A program made the translations under genes and the position numbers. A model generated the notes under the pieces. The model saw only the letters and a list, made by a program, of their open reading frames with translations. It did no database searches and was not told where the DNA came from. This document shows, in pieces, positions 37,297 through 50,522 of a stretch of 64,000 nucleotides of DNA. The DNA is from Guillardia theta CCMP2712 (taxonomy: Eukaryota > Protista > Cryptophyta). The DNA lies in NCBI RefSeq assembly GCF_000315625.1, contig NW_005434491.1, forward strand, positions 9,786 through 73,785, read 5' to 3'. The first letter of the stretch is position 1. Each line of letters begins with the position of its first letter.

Positions 37297-38701
37297 TCCT
37301 GCCTCACGCCTCCCCAGTAAACCTCAAGCAAAACCTGTTCTCTTTTTAAAAATTACTATGCTTTGTAAAATTGCATTTTATTATCCGTGACAGATGCAGG
37401 ACACTGTCCGGCGATACTATATACGCTTTACTCAAAGTTAAGTTAAAGATCAGCACTAGCCCCTGAGCTACTAGTTCTGTCGGATGAGAAAATTTTTAGA
37501 GAAAAGCTGCAAGATTTTGATAGATCTCATGAAAATCTCAAATTGCCATATCACATTTTAAATTCTAAAGGCGATGTAGTAGGTAGGACAAGCTTTGGGT
37601 GGGGAGAATGGAGCCAAGGCGGGTGGTTTTTCCCTCTCATAGAAGGGTATGATCTGAGAAATTATGGGATTTCAAATTTGGAGATAGGCAATGTAGGGTA
37701 GGGTAGGGTAGGGTAGGGACTCCAAACCTAATTTGAATTTAGGGATGGGGGGTACTAGGGAAAGTAGACGAATTTGAGAGGGTGGTAGAAGGTGCCGAGG
37801 AAGGAGAAATGTTTCGGGAGGAGGATCATCAAGTGCAGGGCGGGGAGAGGCGAAGTTGGTGTGAATTATCTATTGCCATTAATAGTAATTCAAACATGTA
37901 GAAGATGGGGAGAAGAAGGGCAGCTCAAAGACATTCGCAACGAGCCATAGTGCTGGCCCGTCATCAAAATCCTCAGGGTGGGGCACTGATTCATGGATTA
38001 TGGGGTGGGTGCTGGCGCCACTCTTAAACACCCTGACATGAACCCTACCCATTCAAGGGGATCTACCGGGACCCTGGTGACTAACCAACCAAGAAACATC
38101 CTACTACCCGTATTTACAATAATTCTTTCCCGGTCAACTATACCCCTCCTTCTACTTTGAACCCCATGGAAAATCATACCCCTACCCTCATGATCTGTTC
38201 TGCTCAATACTAATAAACCCCCACCCCCCCGTTCCCTCATTTGCCAACGCAGTAGCAGCTGTCAGCCATACTTGTGACCCCCCACCCCCCATAGCAGTCA
38301 CCCACCCCCTGAATCGAGACATTTATAACCCAAACAATCCTATTCATCCTTTACCCCACCCGTGATCCTGCTTATATACAACCCCCAGATATGACCTGTG
38401 GATACCCACCTCACCCTTTGTGGCAATTACACCCCTGTAGCCTACCACCACCACCCCCCTTTTGAGCTCTGTCTCGTTCCTCCAAGTAGAAGCCGCGGAT
38501 GCAGAAGGCGCCAAAGCATAAAAGTGGGCGAGTAGCGAGGAAGGGACTATGGCGAAGGGAGAGCAAGCTTAAGACAGCCAGAGAATCATAGCCAGCTCAA
38601 AAGGAAGGGCTGATACATAAGTGGGAAAGGTTGATCATTAGGTAACCAGGGAGGGAAACGGCTGAAGGCATAGTCATGCAGGCCTAGCAAAGTGACGAAA
38701 A

Positions 38702-41296
38702 ATGGCATGCTCGAAGATTCTTGTCACCACTTGAAGATTGACGAGCAATGGAGAAAGTGTTACCATCAAGAAAATCTATCAGATTAATATTGAAGATGAA
38801 ACGATGGATGTGGTTACAACATTCGGTGAACAATACGAAGGGGATCAAACAAACAGTTATTTTTTGAGCATTTGAAAAATGTCAGTTCGAGGATCAGGAC
38901 AGGATCACGTCCTTAATATATCACAGTGTTAGGACTTGATGTAGCTCTTCCTAATAATGATGCACCCTTGCTAATCAGATCAGACATTGATAATTTCTTT
39001 CAAACATATATTGTGGCTGTGCGACAAGAAGTTAATTCACAAGAAAACTGTTCTTATTTCCATTCAGAAACTTTCTAAGATTCTTTCGGTCAAGTGATTC
39101 TGAGTTTGTGCCAGGGGGCTGCCGAGTCATCTGCTTAATCGTCAACCAAGTGCAATGTATTTGCTTTCAATCCTCCTTGCCGGTTATTCACTTAAATGAA
39201 TCGCAGGTGTCCTGCTCGTGACAAGGTAATGGAAATCGCATTGCTTATTGTCTTCTTGGCACGTGACTTTCATTTCAAGAACAATAAGTCAGTGAGTACT
39301 GTACCGAGGAAATCGAACAAGAGGTTGCATTTTGGTAAAATCCTTTCCCTGGGATGCTTATTTGCATGTACAGCAAAGGAAGTTTTGTCCTGCCAGTTTA
39401 TCCTCGTGGAGAACCTGCTCCTGCTCGAAAACGTGGATGTGCATCTTTGCGTTGTCATATCTGAACCCGTGACAGGAAAGAGCCCTAAGCCAGATGGTCA
39501 CGAGCTTGAATTGGAAACCGAGCATACGGTATGCCGTTTGAACTGCCGATATGAATATGACATTGATGCAGGTCCCATGGATTGCTGCATTGACCACCTA
39601 TTTTTCATATGCCATTTTGATGGTTTTTGGCACTTTGCGCGATGCTGTCTTCAATGTTATGTGCGTTGTTGACCCTGGACGCTACCGTTCTCCGACACCT
39701 AAAGTCAGTTTTGCTGTTTGATAACAACAAGATCTGAGTGTGAGTCAGGGCTTTGCCAAATTGATGAACGATTTCCAAGATTTTTACACAAGGCGCCTCT
39801 ACCATCGTATTCAGGTTAGCTTGTTGCCACTCTATATGAATTTGCCTGAACTTCATGGATGCTTCAGGATTGCTTCAATCGACCTATATCAAGTGCACCA
39901 GGGGCATGGATCGATGTCATTGAGCGTGAATTTGCTAATGCTGAAATGGTATTTACATGCTTGTTTCTGCTAACGTATTATGATTGCCTTTGTGTTAGAG
40001 TACCATGCGGCATACTGGAAGCCATGTTACAGCACTGAATCTTTCATCTTATAATTATCTTGGTTTTGCTGAGTCGGATCTTGAAATGAGGGATGAGGTA
40101 TAACAACACTTTCAAATTTTTATTTCTAATTGTTGTTTTTCCTGACTGATTTTGTCCAGGTTGTATCATCTATGAGGAGGTTGGGGGTTGGAAATGCAAG
40201 CTCAAGGACGGAGTTGGGTACCACGGATGTTCATCACGAGCTCGAAGCCAGGGTGGCACGATTTTTGGGAAAGGAGGCTGCAATTGTTTTTGGAATGGGT
40301 TTTGCAACGAATTCCACGGTTTTGCCAACTTTAGTCGGTTCTGGGGGACTGATCATCTCGGACGAATTGAACCACTCATCTATTGTGACTGGAGCCAGGA
40401 GCAGTAATGCCAGGATCAAGGTGTTCAAGCACAACTGTGCCAAAAGCTTGGAAGAAATACTTCGCAGCTCCATTGCAGAGGGACAACCGCGTACAAAACT
40501 TCCATGGAAGAAGATTCTTGTGGTTGTTGAAGGACTTTACAGTATGGAGGGAGAAGTATGTGACCTCAAGAACATTGTTCAAGTTTGCAAGAAGTACAAG
40601 GCCTACGTGTACGTGGATGAAGCCCATAGTATTGGTGCATTGGGTGCGACTGGTCGGGGTGTTCTGGAATACTGCGGAGTTGAACCAGTCGATGTCGATG
40701 TCATGATGGGAACGTTCACCAAGTCGTTTGGGTCAGTCGGAGGGTACATTGCGTCCACCAAGGAGGTGATTGACTACATCAGGAGAATGTCACCAGGATC
40801 AATCTATGCTTGCTCAATGTCTCCTGGTTGTGTAACGCAGGCTAGTCTGGCCCTGCGAATGATTGCTGGAGAAGACGGCACCGACAAGGGAAAGAAAAAA
40901 CTTGACCAGCTGAGGCGCAATTCCAACCTATTTCGGGCTGGCCTTCAGAGAATGGGGTGTGAGGTGCTTGGGCACACGGACTCTCCTGTGATTCCAGTGA
41001 TGCTGTACAACCCAGCAAAGATTCCTGCGTTCTCCAGAGAATGTTTGGCCCGCAAATTAGCAGTAGTTGTTGTTGGATTCCCAGCCACTCCGCTGATCAA
41101 ATCAAGGGTTCGATTTTGTTTGTCTGCAGCTCACACAGAGGAGGACTTGATCTCAGCCTTAAAAGTCATCGACGAAGTTGCTGAAAGAGTTATGATCAAG
41201 TATAAATGGACTGGACGTCCCAATGTCGCCCCATCAGCAGTGGTACAACGTTTAAGTCAGGCATGGAGAAAGAATCGAGGGTTGGATGTTTTCTGA
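38702..41296 (+). CDS. LCB2: Serine palmitoyltransferase subunit LCB2 (SPTLC2); 5' exons approximate
   Basis: DFYTRRLYHRIQDCFNRPISSAPG, LNLSSYNYLGF, SDELNHSS, VDEAHSIGA, PLP lysine motif GTFTKSFG, RVRFCLSAAH. Confidence 0.93.
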
Positions 41297-42404
41297 CTTG
41301 TTTGTTAGGAGTACTTTGTGGATGTGGTTGGCGAGTGGGATGCCACTCATTTCAACTGGAGGGTGTGACCTCCGAAACTGCTTCTTCGCGCCGCTTATTG
41401 TTCAACGCAGGACACGATCACGATCGATACCAACGGCCGTTTTGCACGCGGTAATGGCGAACAAGGCAGTTGGAATGTGCAGGTGAGACTCAAAGAACAC
41501 ATGCATGGCATTGGACCTCACATTCGAGCAGGAGAGAAACGGCAAGACCGTTCTTCGTCTTGAATGGGATCGCTGGCCAACGGAGGAGTTGGAGTTGGTG
41601 CACATGGATCAAAGAGACCCATGCGCTAGTCCGCGCAGACATGTCTTCAAGGTACGTTAATGGTCCCCTTGTCACTTGTAACGTGCTCCTGCAGGGGCAT
41701 GGCAACATTATCACTGCTAATAGCAACACCATCCCTTTCCCTGACCTTATCCCTGGCTCGCACTCTACTTTCACCCTCCGCCCCAAGGGTTCTTTGATAT
41801 CCCCCAACGTGAGCCCAATGCCGAGCCCGTCGAAGCCCGCAGCCACTTCCCGCATCTCTCAACGCAAGATCCAGTAACTGCCGCAGCTGCCCAAATATAG
41901 GCTGATATCTTCGAGACCACCTCGATGCTAGAATTGTATTGTTTAACATTTGATAAATTCTTTGTTTGTGGGATCAGTTAGACGCTGATTCTGCTCCTTT
42001 GTGATCTGCCCATACGTCATGACAGATAAAGTTTTCCCAGCTGGCTCTGAATTTTGCGACAAGCGCGGAGGGCGATGGATCTGTTGCTAGTAGACAGTCA
42101 GTACAACAAAAAGATCGCCGTGGTCAGCTCTTACATCCTCGCCGCCAGGGTGGGCTGCCGTAGGCGGACGGTCTCAAGGACCTGCAGTCATGCATGAGAA
42201 GCAAAGTATACGACAAGCGTCACTCACATCATGAGAGATCTCTAAGCACACCGCGTCCTCTTCCGCCACCATCTGCCGCATCTTCACCTTCACCTTCCTC
42301 TCTTCCTCTATCTCATCTTTTTCTCGGACCTGGTACAAGAAGCCAACATTTCCTAAACCGAACAAGTTTCCTCCACCGAAAAGCTCTCCTGACCCTGCAG
42401 GCAT

Positions 42405-45400
42405 TCAGATTCGGAGCATAGCGCTCAGTCCTGCTTACTTCGCTTGCTCATTACTCGATCTCTGTCCGCCCGAGCTGTCACTGATCCTTGCAAGATGAAG
42501 AAGATCGCTTTGCGTAGGCTACCGCGTTCCGCGATGGTTTCTCCCGCCTGGAACCTTGGGTGGGAGTCACAGTTTGACAACGGAAGAAGTCAGTCACCTG
42601 AGGAGAGGACAGCGCTCGAGAAATTCGAGGATGTTATCAAGGTCGTGCTCGTTGATGAGCTCGTTCCCTGATACCAACTCAAACTGAAAAATGATTCTGA
42701 AAGGTATGTCAGACCCTCTTGCAAAGTTTTGCTGCGAACCTTTCAAGGTGTTCCCTTTCAGAGTTCTTGAAGAAGTTGCGTTCTAGCGCCTCCACCTGTG
42801 TCTTCTTGAGGAGCCCCCGGATCATGTCGCGAGCCGCCAGTGCCGTCTGCCTGCTGACAATCCAAAACCTGTAAGCTTCCACGAACTCTGAATCCTCCTC
42901 CAGCTGTTTGCCGGGCAGAAGACTCCGTAAGCTTCCCCCGAAGTTCTTTCGATTTCGAACTGGGCGAGGGTCAACCGGTTCGACTTTCTTTGCGGCTTCA
43001 TTCTCCAGGTGTTGCTTGACGTTGTCGGAGCTGTAAGAATATCGCTTCAATCGAATCTGACGAGACCTGTTGTTGGGAGACAATCGCTCCACCCTCCTCT
43101 TGTTTCGAGGGGACTCCAGCATGGAGTCTGTGGAGTACGCAGATGCTCGGGGGCTGCTCTCGTCGCTTGTTCCACCTGCGTCGACTCGTTTGACCGGTCT
43201 GGCAAAGATTGTCAGCATCTCGCTCTTGACTGTGACGCTCGTGATCTCATTGATGGGAAAATTGACGTCACTAGAAGAGTCTGCAAAGCAGACCATCTCC
43301 GGGAATATGACCATCACTCCGTTGGAGTCTTGTACAAGCGAGGACTTGCGCACAGGGGCCCACGATCGCTGCATCGACGCTGAGGTGGAGAAGAGGTAGG
43401 GTTGCGCGGCAGGGATCTTTTGCTTCTGTCGGATCCCTTTGATGATGGCCTCGATCTCAGCTTCGATGGCGAACTTCTTCTTGTCTCTCTTGAGATCCGC
43501 CTGGCTCACCTCAGACTCTTCAAGACTCCAAGCGGCTCACTCACCATCACTGTGGACTCGGCAAGGTGTCGCTCGTACACAGCTGACTTGGCCGTGGACT
43601 CCCTGGCAAGTGCGTGATAGAGTATGTCAAGATCGATGTCTGTCAAGCTGTTTATCTGCAGAGGTGGCCCGGCGTTCTTGTTTTCCACACAGATGGATCT
43701 AACCTGCACAGCGTCATGGCTCGTGTGGTACAGTAGCGGCTCACCTTGACTGCTGCTGAGTACGCCTTGACATGATCGCAAGAGTTGTCTTCGTCTGGCC
43801 CCAGAAAGAAGGACAGATCTCCAAAGAAATCTCCAGCTCCGAGGACGATCCCAGGGAGGTCCGTGTCTTTCTTCGACGTCCGAAACTTCCCTGCCGAGCT
43901 GTCAGCAGCGAGCACTGGGAGCGGCAGCTGGGCACCTCCCACATCAAGCATCACGATCCCCGACACAATCAAGAAGAGCTGTCTTCCTCCTGAGCTCAAG
44001 ACCGGAGAATATATCATCTCTCCCTTTCCAAACGTCTGTGCAATAGGACAGCACTGAGCGAAAATCCGCTGAACCTCGTCTTGAATGCGCAGCTCTCGCA
44101 GGGCATGCGGTAGTGACAAGATCATTCCCCAGTGAAACCTTTGCCTCTGTAGGGCATCAAGATACGAATTGTCTGAAATAGCTGAATCTTCAGGTTTTGA
44201 CTTGGACCCAAGCCCCTCCCACATACGGAGGCGAATCGCAAAGTCATCATCAAACTTGGTTGAGGGTTTGTTGTAAGCTCCATCTATTTCACTCTTTTTG
44301 AAGAACATCTCATTCTCCATGATGAAAGATGTATGGAACGACACAAAGAAAAGTGACTTGCCAAAGATGTTGTCATATTGAACCCGCTTTCCGCCTTGAA
44401 GGACCCGTGCAGTCTTGCCACAGATGGCCAAAGGCGGCACAGTGCTTTCGAACCAATAGAATCGGATGGAGATGTCGCCAGTCAAGAGCTCGAAACCGAT
44501 GTCGATCACGCTCTCTCTGGGTTCTCCTGTACAAGACACCAGCCCGTTGGTCTTGCCGTGATCATATTGCACTCTTCCATCACACTCGATCACGAAACTT
44601 AACAGACACCCTCCTTGCTGAGCTCGAGGGATGCCGGCGATGATGATGCTACCAAGCACCAAGTGCTTTTTGCTGATGAAATCCACTTGCCTGTCTACGA
44701 TCGCGTGCACATAGTTGACATACCTCACTTGTGACGGAGCTGTCACACAGATTCTCCCCTTGTGTTGCGAGCTACCTTCAGTCCTTCGTTCCGCAAAGTA
44801 ATTCAGAGCATCCGAGGCAGACAAGACGAATCCAGTCCATAGCATCAAAGCACAGCAGAACGTTCCAGTCCTTCCCTTACCTCCCTTGCAATGGATCACG
44901 ATAACGTTGTCGTTATCTTCATTCAAGATCTTGGTAGCTTGTTCACAGAAGACGATGATACGAAGAAGTGAATTCACGTTGTGATCTCGCGTTGGGATCT
45001 TCTTGACCTGGTAGTAGAGGAATCTCGGATCATAATTTCCATTCCCGTTCTCTTCAAAGCTTTCGCATAGATTGTGCACGACGAAGGAAGCGTAATGACG
45101 TGTGGCGAAGAAACGAGCCACATCGCGAATATCGTTACGATGCATGGCCCCGGCAACACACGGGATTGACATTGCAATGAGTCTATCACAGACGTAGGTG
45201 ATGTCCAGGTCAAAGTCGTTGTTTAAGTCGTAAAACCGTCTTCGTCTTCCGCTTATTGCTGTCTGAAATTTGCGGTCACACTATGTCGTGTAGGGAATAC
45301 AATCATCACCTGCAATTGCCTTCGAAGCTGTTTTTCGAGTTGCAAGCTTCTCAAGATGGCTAGCAGTATTCTAGACATGTGCAAAGCGTTTGAGATCCTC

Positions 45401-46801
45401 GTGCTCATACGACTGGTATCATTTGAAGAAGGACACTCGGAGATACAGACTAGGATCATGACGACGCTGCAGACGAGGATGGGAACAAACCAACAGGTGA
45501 CAGAGCTGATCATCTCCTTAAATCCGATGAGAGACAAATTTCTTCTCCATCCTGCTTTTCTCCCTGATGCTGCCAGACTGATACAGTGGAGAACGATGAT
45601 TGACATCATCAGTTCTACGTGCGCAACATTCACAATCGTTTGATTCGCACGAAATTCACAAAACACTAAATTTCCATCTTTGATGATTTGGAAGAACTAA
45701 ATAGGTAACTTATGAGAATTTGACAAGAAACAGAAGATATCATATTACCAAGAAAGTCACAGATTCCATAATTGCAAGTGCAACTACCAAGAATGACTTC
45801 GCATACACTTTCTGCTCCGACGCATGAGTCGAGATAAGTAAGGGGAATATTGCTCACCAGAGCAGACTTCCATTGTTTGTCTTCCTCCTCCTCATACTCG
45901 TCTTCTGCAACGTTAGCGAGATTATCCGGAACCTAGATTGAGTTTGAAATTTGTTCTTGTCTCGCCTAGCATTTGAAATGATCGTGGATACCTCTTGCTC
46001 GTTGGTATCAGACAAGGCAGAAGCAGTTCTCCCTGGAGGATATGGTGATACGAGGAGAGCAGTTGACATGGGTGTACCGATAGTGATTGATCTCTCAGCG
46101 CCTTGGTTGCTCGCGTCATTCTTATGCGGCTCCTCAAAGGTATTCTGAATTCACTTTGAGCTTCAAACGTACACGCAAACTACACCTGATCTACAACTCT
46201 TCGAAAGGGAAATTCAAGATGACCGGCAAAGATTTTCGATATTGAACCCTGAAAGAGTGATTGAGAACAAGCACGGCAAATCAGCCGTCAAATTACCTGA
46301 TAGTTCTTGTGTGGCTGTATTCTCGTCTGCTTCACTGAAAGTCGAACTCTACTGCCCTTGAGGTTTGAAGGACCTTGAGTTTACTTAAACTTGCATGATG
46401 GGACGGCACAGAGATGACAAGACCTGCGGGAATCTTTGTTTCTTCGCAAACTTCATTCAAAGTTCTCTCAACTTCTTCGAACGATGCAAACCCAGAAAAC
46501 TTGGACCACTCGTCTAGCAATCCGCTCAGAATCAAGACCCTAAACAACTTTGAGCACCTGGGAATGACCCACCGCCATCAGCTGTGGTTGGATAAAAGTC
46601 TGCCGCTGCCCAGTCAGAGGATGGTGAGTTAGCTGTCTCTTGCTCTGAATCTCCGTCTTCAACGCCGAAATCATCCATCTCTTCGTCAACAACATTCAAT
46701 GGTGAGAGCCCATGATGCGAAAGTTCTTGGGATTCTGTCATGTCTGGCAGCTCTTCCTGTATATGTCGGCTTTCGTTCGCGATCTCTGAATGTCTCGACA
46801 T
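42405..46801 (-). CDS. PTEN/TPTE(VSP)-like lipid phosphatase: TM segments + phosphatase + C2 + cyclic-nucleotide-binding domain + possible PH/GRAM-like region
   Basis: ISGRRRRFY..FDLDITYVCDRLIAMS, DHN, HCKGGKGRTG, PSQVRYVNY, FFVSFHTSF; FGKGEMIY..LFLIVSG..LGAGDFFGDLS; hydrophobic segments ~45320-45830. Confidence 0.8.
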
Positions 46802-47629
46802 CTGGTGTCTACTGAAACGCGGTGGAGAAATTCAGCGGTAGATACGTCGCTGCGCTAATGCATTGAGACGTACGAGGAGCGCACGTTTCCTCCGAGTCAG
46901 AAATCAAACTCAAAGACATCATGCAGAGCTTTCACTCTTCGATTTCAAGATCCTTCACGTTTCTGCTGTTACAGCCCAACCCAATCTATGCAGGCTGCTT
47001 GTGCTTGTTCCTTTGCCTTACTGATTAGAACGATTCATCCCTGGATGCAATCATCGGCATTGGGACGGCTAGTCGGCCTATTCTCCTCCTCTTCCCCTTC
47101 CCCTTCATTCCCCTTCCTCTCCCTCACTCCATCAGCCTCTTGCCACGCTGCAGGATCTTACAGGTAGCCGTCCTGCATGGAGCGATTGATCTCTATTACA
47201 AGACCCCGACAACCCCCACCCCACGTGATCTACCAACCCCCCCCCCCACATTCACCGTGCCACTCTGTTCATTACTACCCCCTGTCACCTCTACGGAATC
47301 ACAGTTCAGAACCCTGGTCCTCAACAGAACCTCAAACCTGACACCCCACAAACTCTACCATCCCACCGGTACCAATGAAAGTGTAGTAGGCCCGGTAGAT
47401 AAATACATAAGCGGAAAGATGGCAGACCACAGGACTTGCGCAGCTGCTTGAGGGCAGGTTTGATGCTCAAGGCTTCCGCAGTTGGAATTCCATTGTGACT
47501 TTGATCGAGGCTCTATTCTACCCTAAACAGTAGATAGTAAGACTAAGCCCTTGAGAGCAACTTGTGCATAGCTCTTTGTTTCTTGCAACAACTGTTAATT
47601 GGGGACCCAACGACAATGGGCTTCGCATA

Positions 47630-49513
47630 TCAGCTGGCACGAAACTGTACAGACAAGAGCGTCTGACTCGCTAGCTCAGCTTCTGCAAGCGTCATGTTTC
47701 TATCTTTGAAAGCGCGGACAGGAGCCATTGAAACCAGGTCAAAGAGCTTGGTGGGCGAAACATCACCGGCTTCGAGCTGCCGCTGTAGTAGAGTAGTCTG
47801 AGAAGGCCTCAGAGGTGACACAGAGGCTCAAGAAGAAATCACCTCCACCCAGTTGTACAACACTTCGATCTTGTCCGTCGAACGGAATTTTCTATTTGGC
47901 AATCGAGATCCATCCTTCAAAACAGATGTGAGGTCATTATCCACTGGTACCACGCGGTGATTCATTGCACCTGTAGCCGAACACCGATGGTGGTGACTCC
48001 TTCTTCTCCTGCCTTGGGTTCTGCCGGAATCAAGGCCTGCTTCCTTGAAACCTCCTTGTTTAACTCATTCTTTCTTATCTCCTTCTCCTCAGCAAGCCGC
48101 ATGGCTTCTTGTTTGGCGATTTTCTCAGCTTCTTGTGCAGCGAGCTGAGCTTCTTTCTTTGACATTTCTTTTGCCCTGCAAGTAATAGCATAAGATGATG
48201 AAAGACCAATTTTAAGGAACCTGTCCATCTCCAACGACTCTTCGTATGCACGATCTTGCTCTTCTCGCACTCTTCTCGCTTCCATCGTACTAGGACTCGG
48301 AGGATTGTACTTTGGTGCTCCAAAGTCGTCATCAGTATCCATAAATCTTCGAAGATTTTCTGGAATTCCAGTTGCTCTGGAATCTGCGAAGCCATCTGGC
48401 ACAAACTGCGCTTCATGTGCTCTTTTCTACACAATGGATTGGCTTCAATTCTGATATCTAATCACGAAATCACATGTGAATTCACCTGCGCAAGCTCCTG
48501 CGCACGGAGTTGCGGAAATCGGTCCTCCATCATTGGCATTGCTCTATTCGAAGTGTTGCCTACAGGGCAGGAATGTGAGCTTCCGCTTGAAGCAGTCAGA
48601 ACTAAAATTGAACCTGCATCCTTGCACAGCGAGGCTTGCAATGCTTCCGCTAGCAAAGGATCATCTTCTCCATCCACACCAGGCTGAAGAATTGATTTGT
48701 CAAAGAGTGATAAACTGTTAGGGAGGAAGGGGGGAAAAGCGAAGAGAGCACAAAGGGAAGGTGGAATAGCATCTGGACAGAAAAGTAGAAAGAAAATTGT
48801 GCTGTCAAGTATGCAATGAACGTGGGGAAACAGAATCGATAGCGGCTGATTACCTGCGGATGTTCTAATGATTCTTTGATTGCAGCTTCAATGAAAGCTT
48901 GTTCAGTAGCATCCTCACCGTCAGAGTGATCTCGAAAGGTAGCTTGATTGTGACTCATCACCCCAGAAGAATGGAGGGCAGTATCAAGTTGAGCATCAGA
49001 CTCAAGATCCTGTCGCCGTTGAGCAGCAGAAAGTCTCATAGCGCGTTCTAGCTCGTCATCTTGAGCATCTGTCACGTTTTGAACGCTCCTGAGTAGATGA
49101 GGCGGTATGGGTTGGGCTGGAGGCCTGAAAGGCGGAGGTTGAAAAGAGACATTTTCAGAAGAAGGGCGATCTGCAGTCGTATTCGATATACTGGCAGCCA
49201 ACGCCATCTGCAGCTCATGATCATCATCCTCCATCACTTCCACCGGTGAATTTCTTAGTTGAGTCGCATTGGCATTTGTGGAGCCGGCACTAGTTCCATG
49301 ACCCACTCCTGTCTCCCCAGTAGAGAAGAAGAAATTCACAGCAGCCCCTACATCCCATGCATTGCCTTCCAGCTGAAAATAAGGAAATCACAAAGATGCA
49401 TCACCCACAAAAAGCCAAATAGCTACCATGTGTGTCGCGGCTTGAACATCCGTCGTTCCGGTGATGGCAAGGAACTGCTGCAGACTTTCTGCTTTTGCTG
49501 GATCATCAGCCAT
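47630..49513 (-). CDS. UBA-like + UIM + UBX domain protein (p97/Cdc48 adaptor, FAF1/PUX-like), spliced
   Basis: LQQFLAITG...LEGNAWDVGAAVNFFF; ELQMALAAS and ELERAMRLS UIMs; VREEQDRAYEESL; PAEP..TTIGVRLQDGSR..RKF UBX. Confidence 0.85.
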
Positions 49514-49907
49514 TTCACGATACGAACGTTTGGTAGACGAAGTTTTCCTCCTACAAATTTCCTTGTCTCTGAATGTTTGAACAAGAGCAAATTGACCAAG
49601 CAACAAGAAAAGAAGAACGAGTTTCTTCTTAGATCCCAAGGCCCTTGCCCGGTATTTTCCAAGCTTGACGGTATCGGGATAAAAAGTTGGAATTTTTACG
49701 GTGACCACCTTTCCGAACCGACACCGAGTGTGGAGACAACAATACCTGAATCTTTGTCAGATTTGCGTGTCCCACTATATCTACGAATTTCTTTTGTTCC
49801 CCTTTTCTCACTTAATTTGCACTCTTTCATATTTTCCATCCCAAACCACATATCTCTGTCTCTTTGTCGACCCTCTCACTCATCCTTCCCTTCTTCTCAT
49901 TATCTCT

Positions 49908-49966
49908 GCTCTGCCTTGCCCTGCCCTGCCCTGCCCTGCCCTGCCCTGCCTTGCCCTGCCCTGCCT
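49908..49966. repeat. (CCCTG)n microsatellite
   Basis: Directly visible. Confidence 0.9.
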
Positions 49967-50522
49967 GCATCGTAGGATTCTACCCTGCATTGGACAGCTG
50001 GCTATTTCACTTTTCGAAATGGTAGCCTCCGATTTGAAATGGATAGTTGCTTGAACTTCTGTTATTTAATTTCGATATTGGTTGGACAAGTTCGAAAAAT
50101 ACATTTCGATTTCGCATATTGTTCTCCTTGCTTTCCTCTCAGGACCCCTGGTGAAAAATCTTTTTTCTTTCTACTACCCCGGTGGTCCTATAACACAACC
50201 ACCCATAAGATCCATGTACCCCTCCACCCCCACCTACTCCACATTATCTTCACGCATGTCTATAGTCAAAATTAACAGTTTATAATGAAGATCAGAGCAG
50301 CGAAGAGACAGAAATGTTGTCGACGCTGAAGCAGTGGAACGGACAGCTCGGCGATGGCGAACAGGTGAAGCGAGGAGAGTAGGAGAAGACAGACCAGGAT
50401 ATTTGAATGTAGGAAAGGGGCTGGTGATGGCTAACGTTGGAGAGAAAGGAAATGGCTTTGAATGGAACCGACGGAATAGAATAAGCAGAAGAGCCAGTCA
50501 GGACAAGCGATTCAAGTTGTTC

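Noticed and set aside
41330-42330. Possible small minus-strand gene between LCB2 and the PTEN-like gene
   Set aside because: Several open frames with no recognisable motif; cannot choose a model
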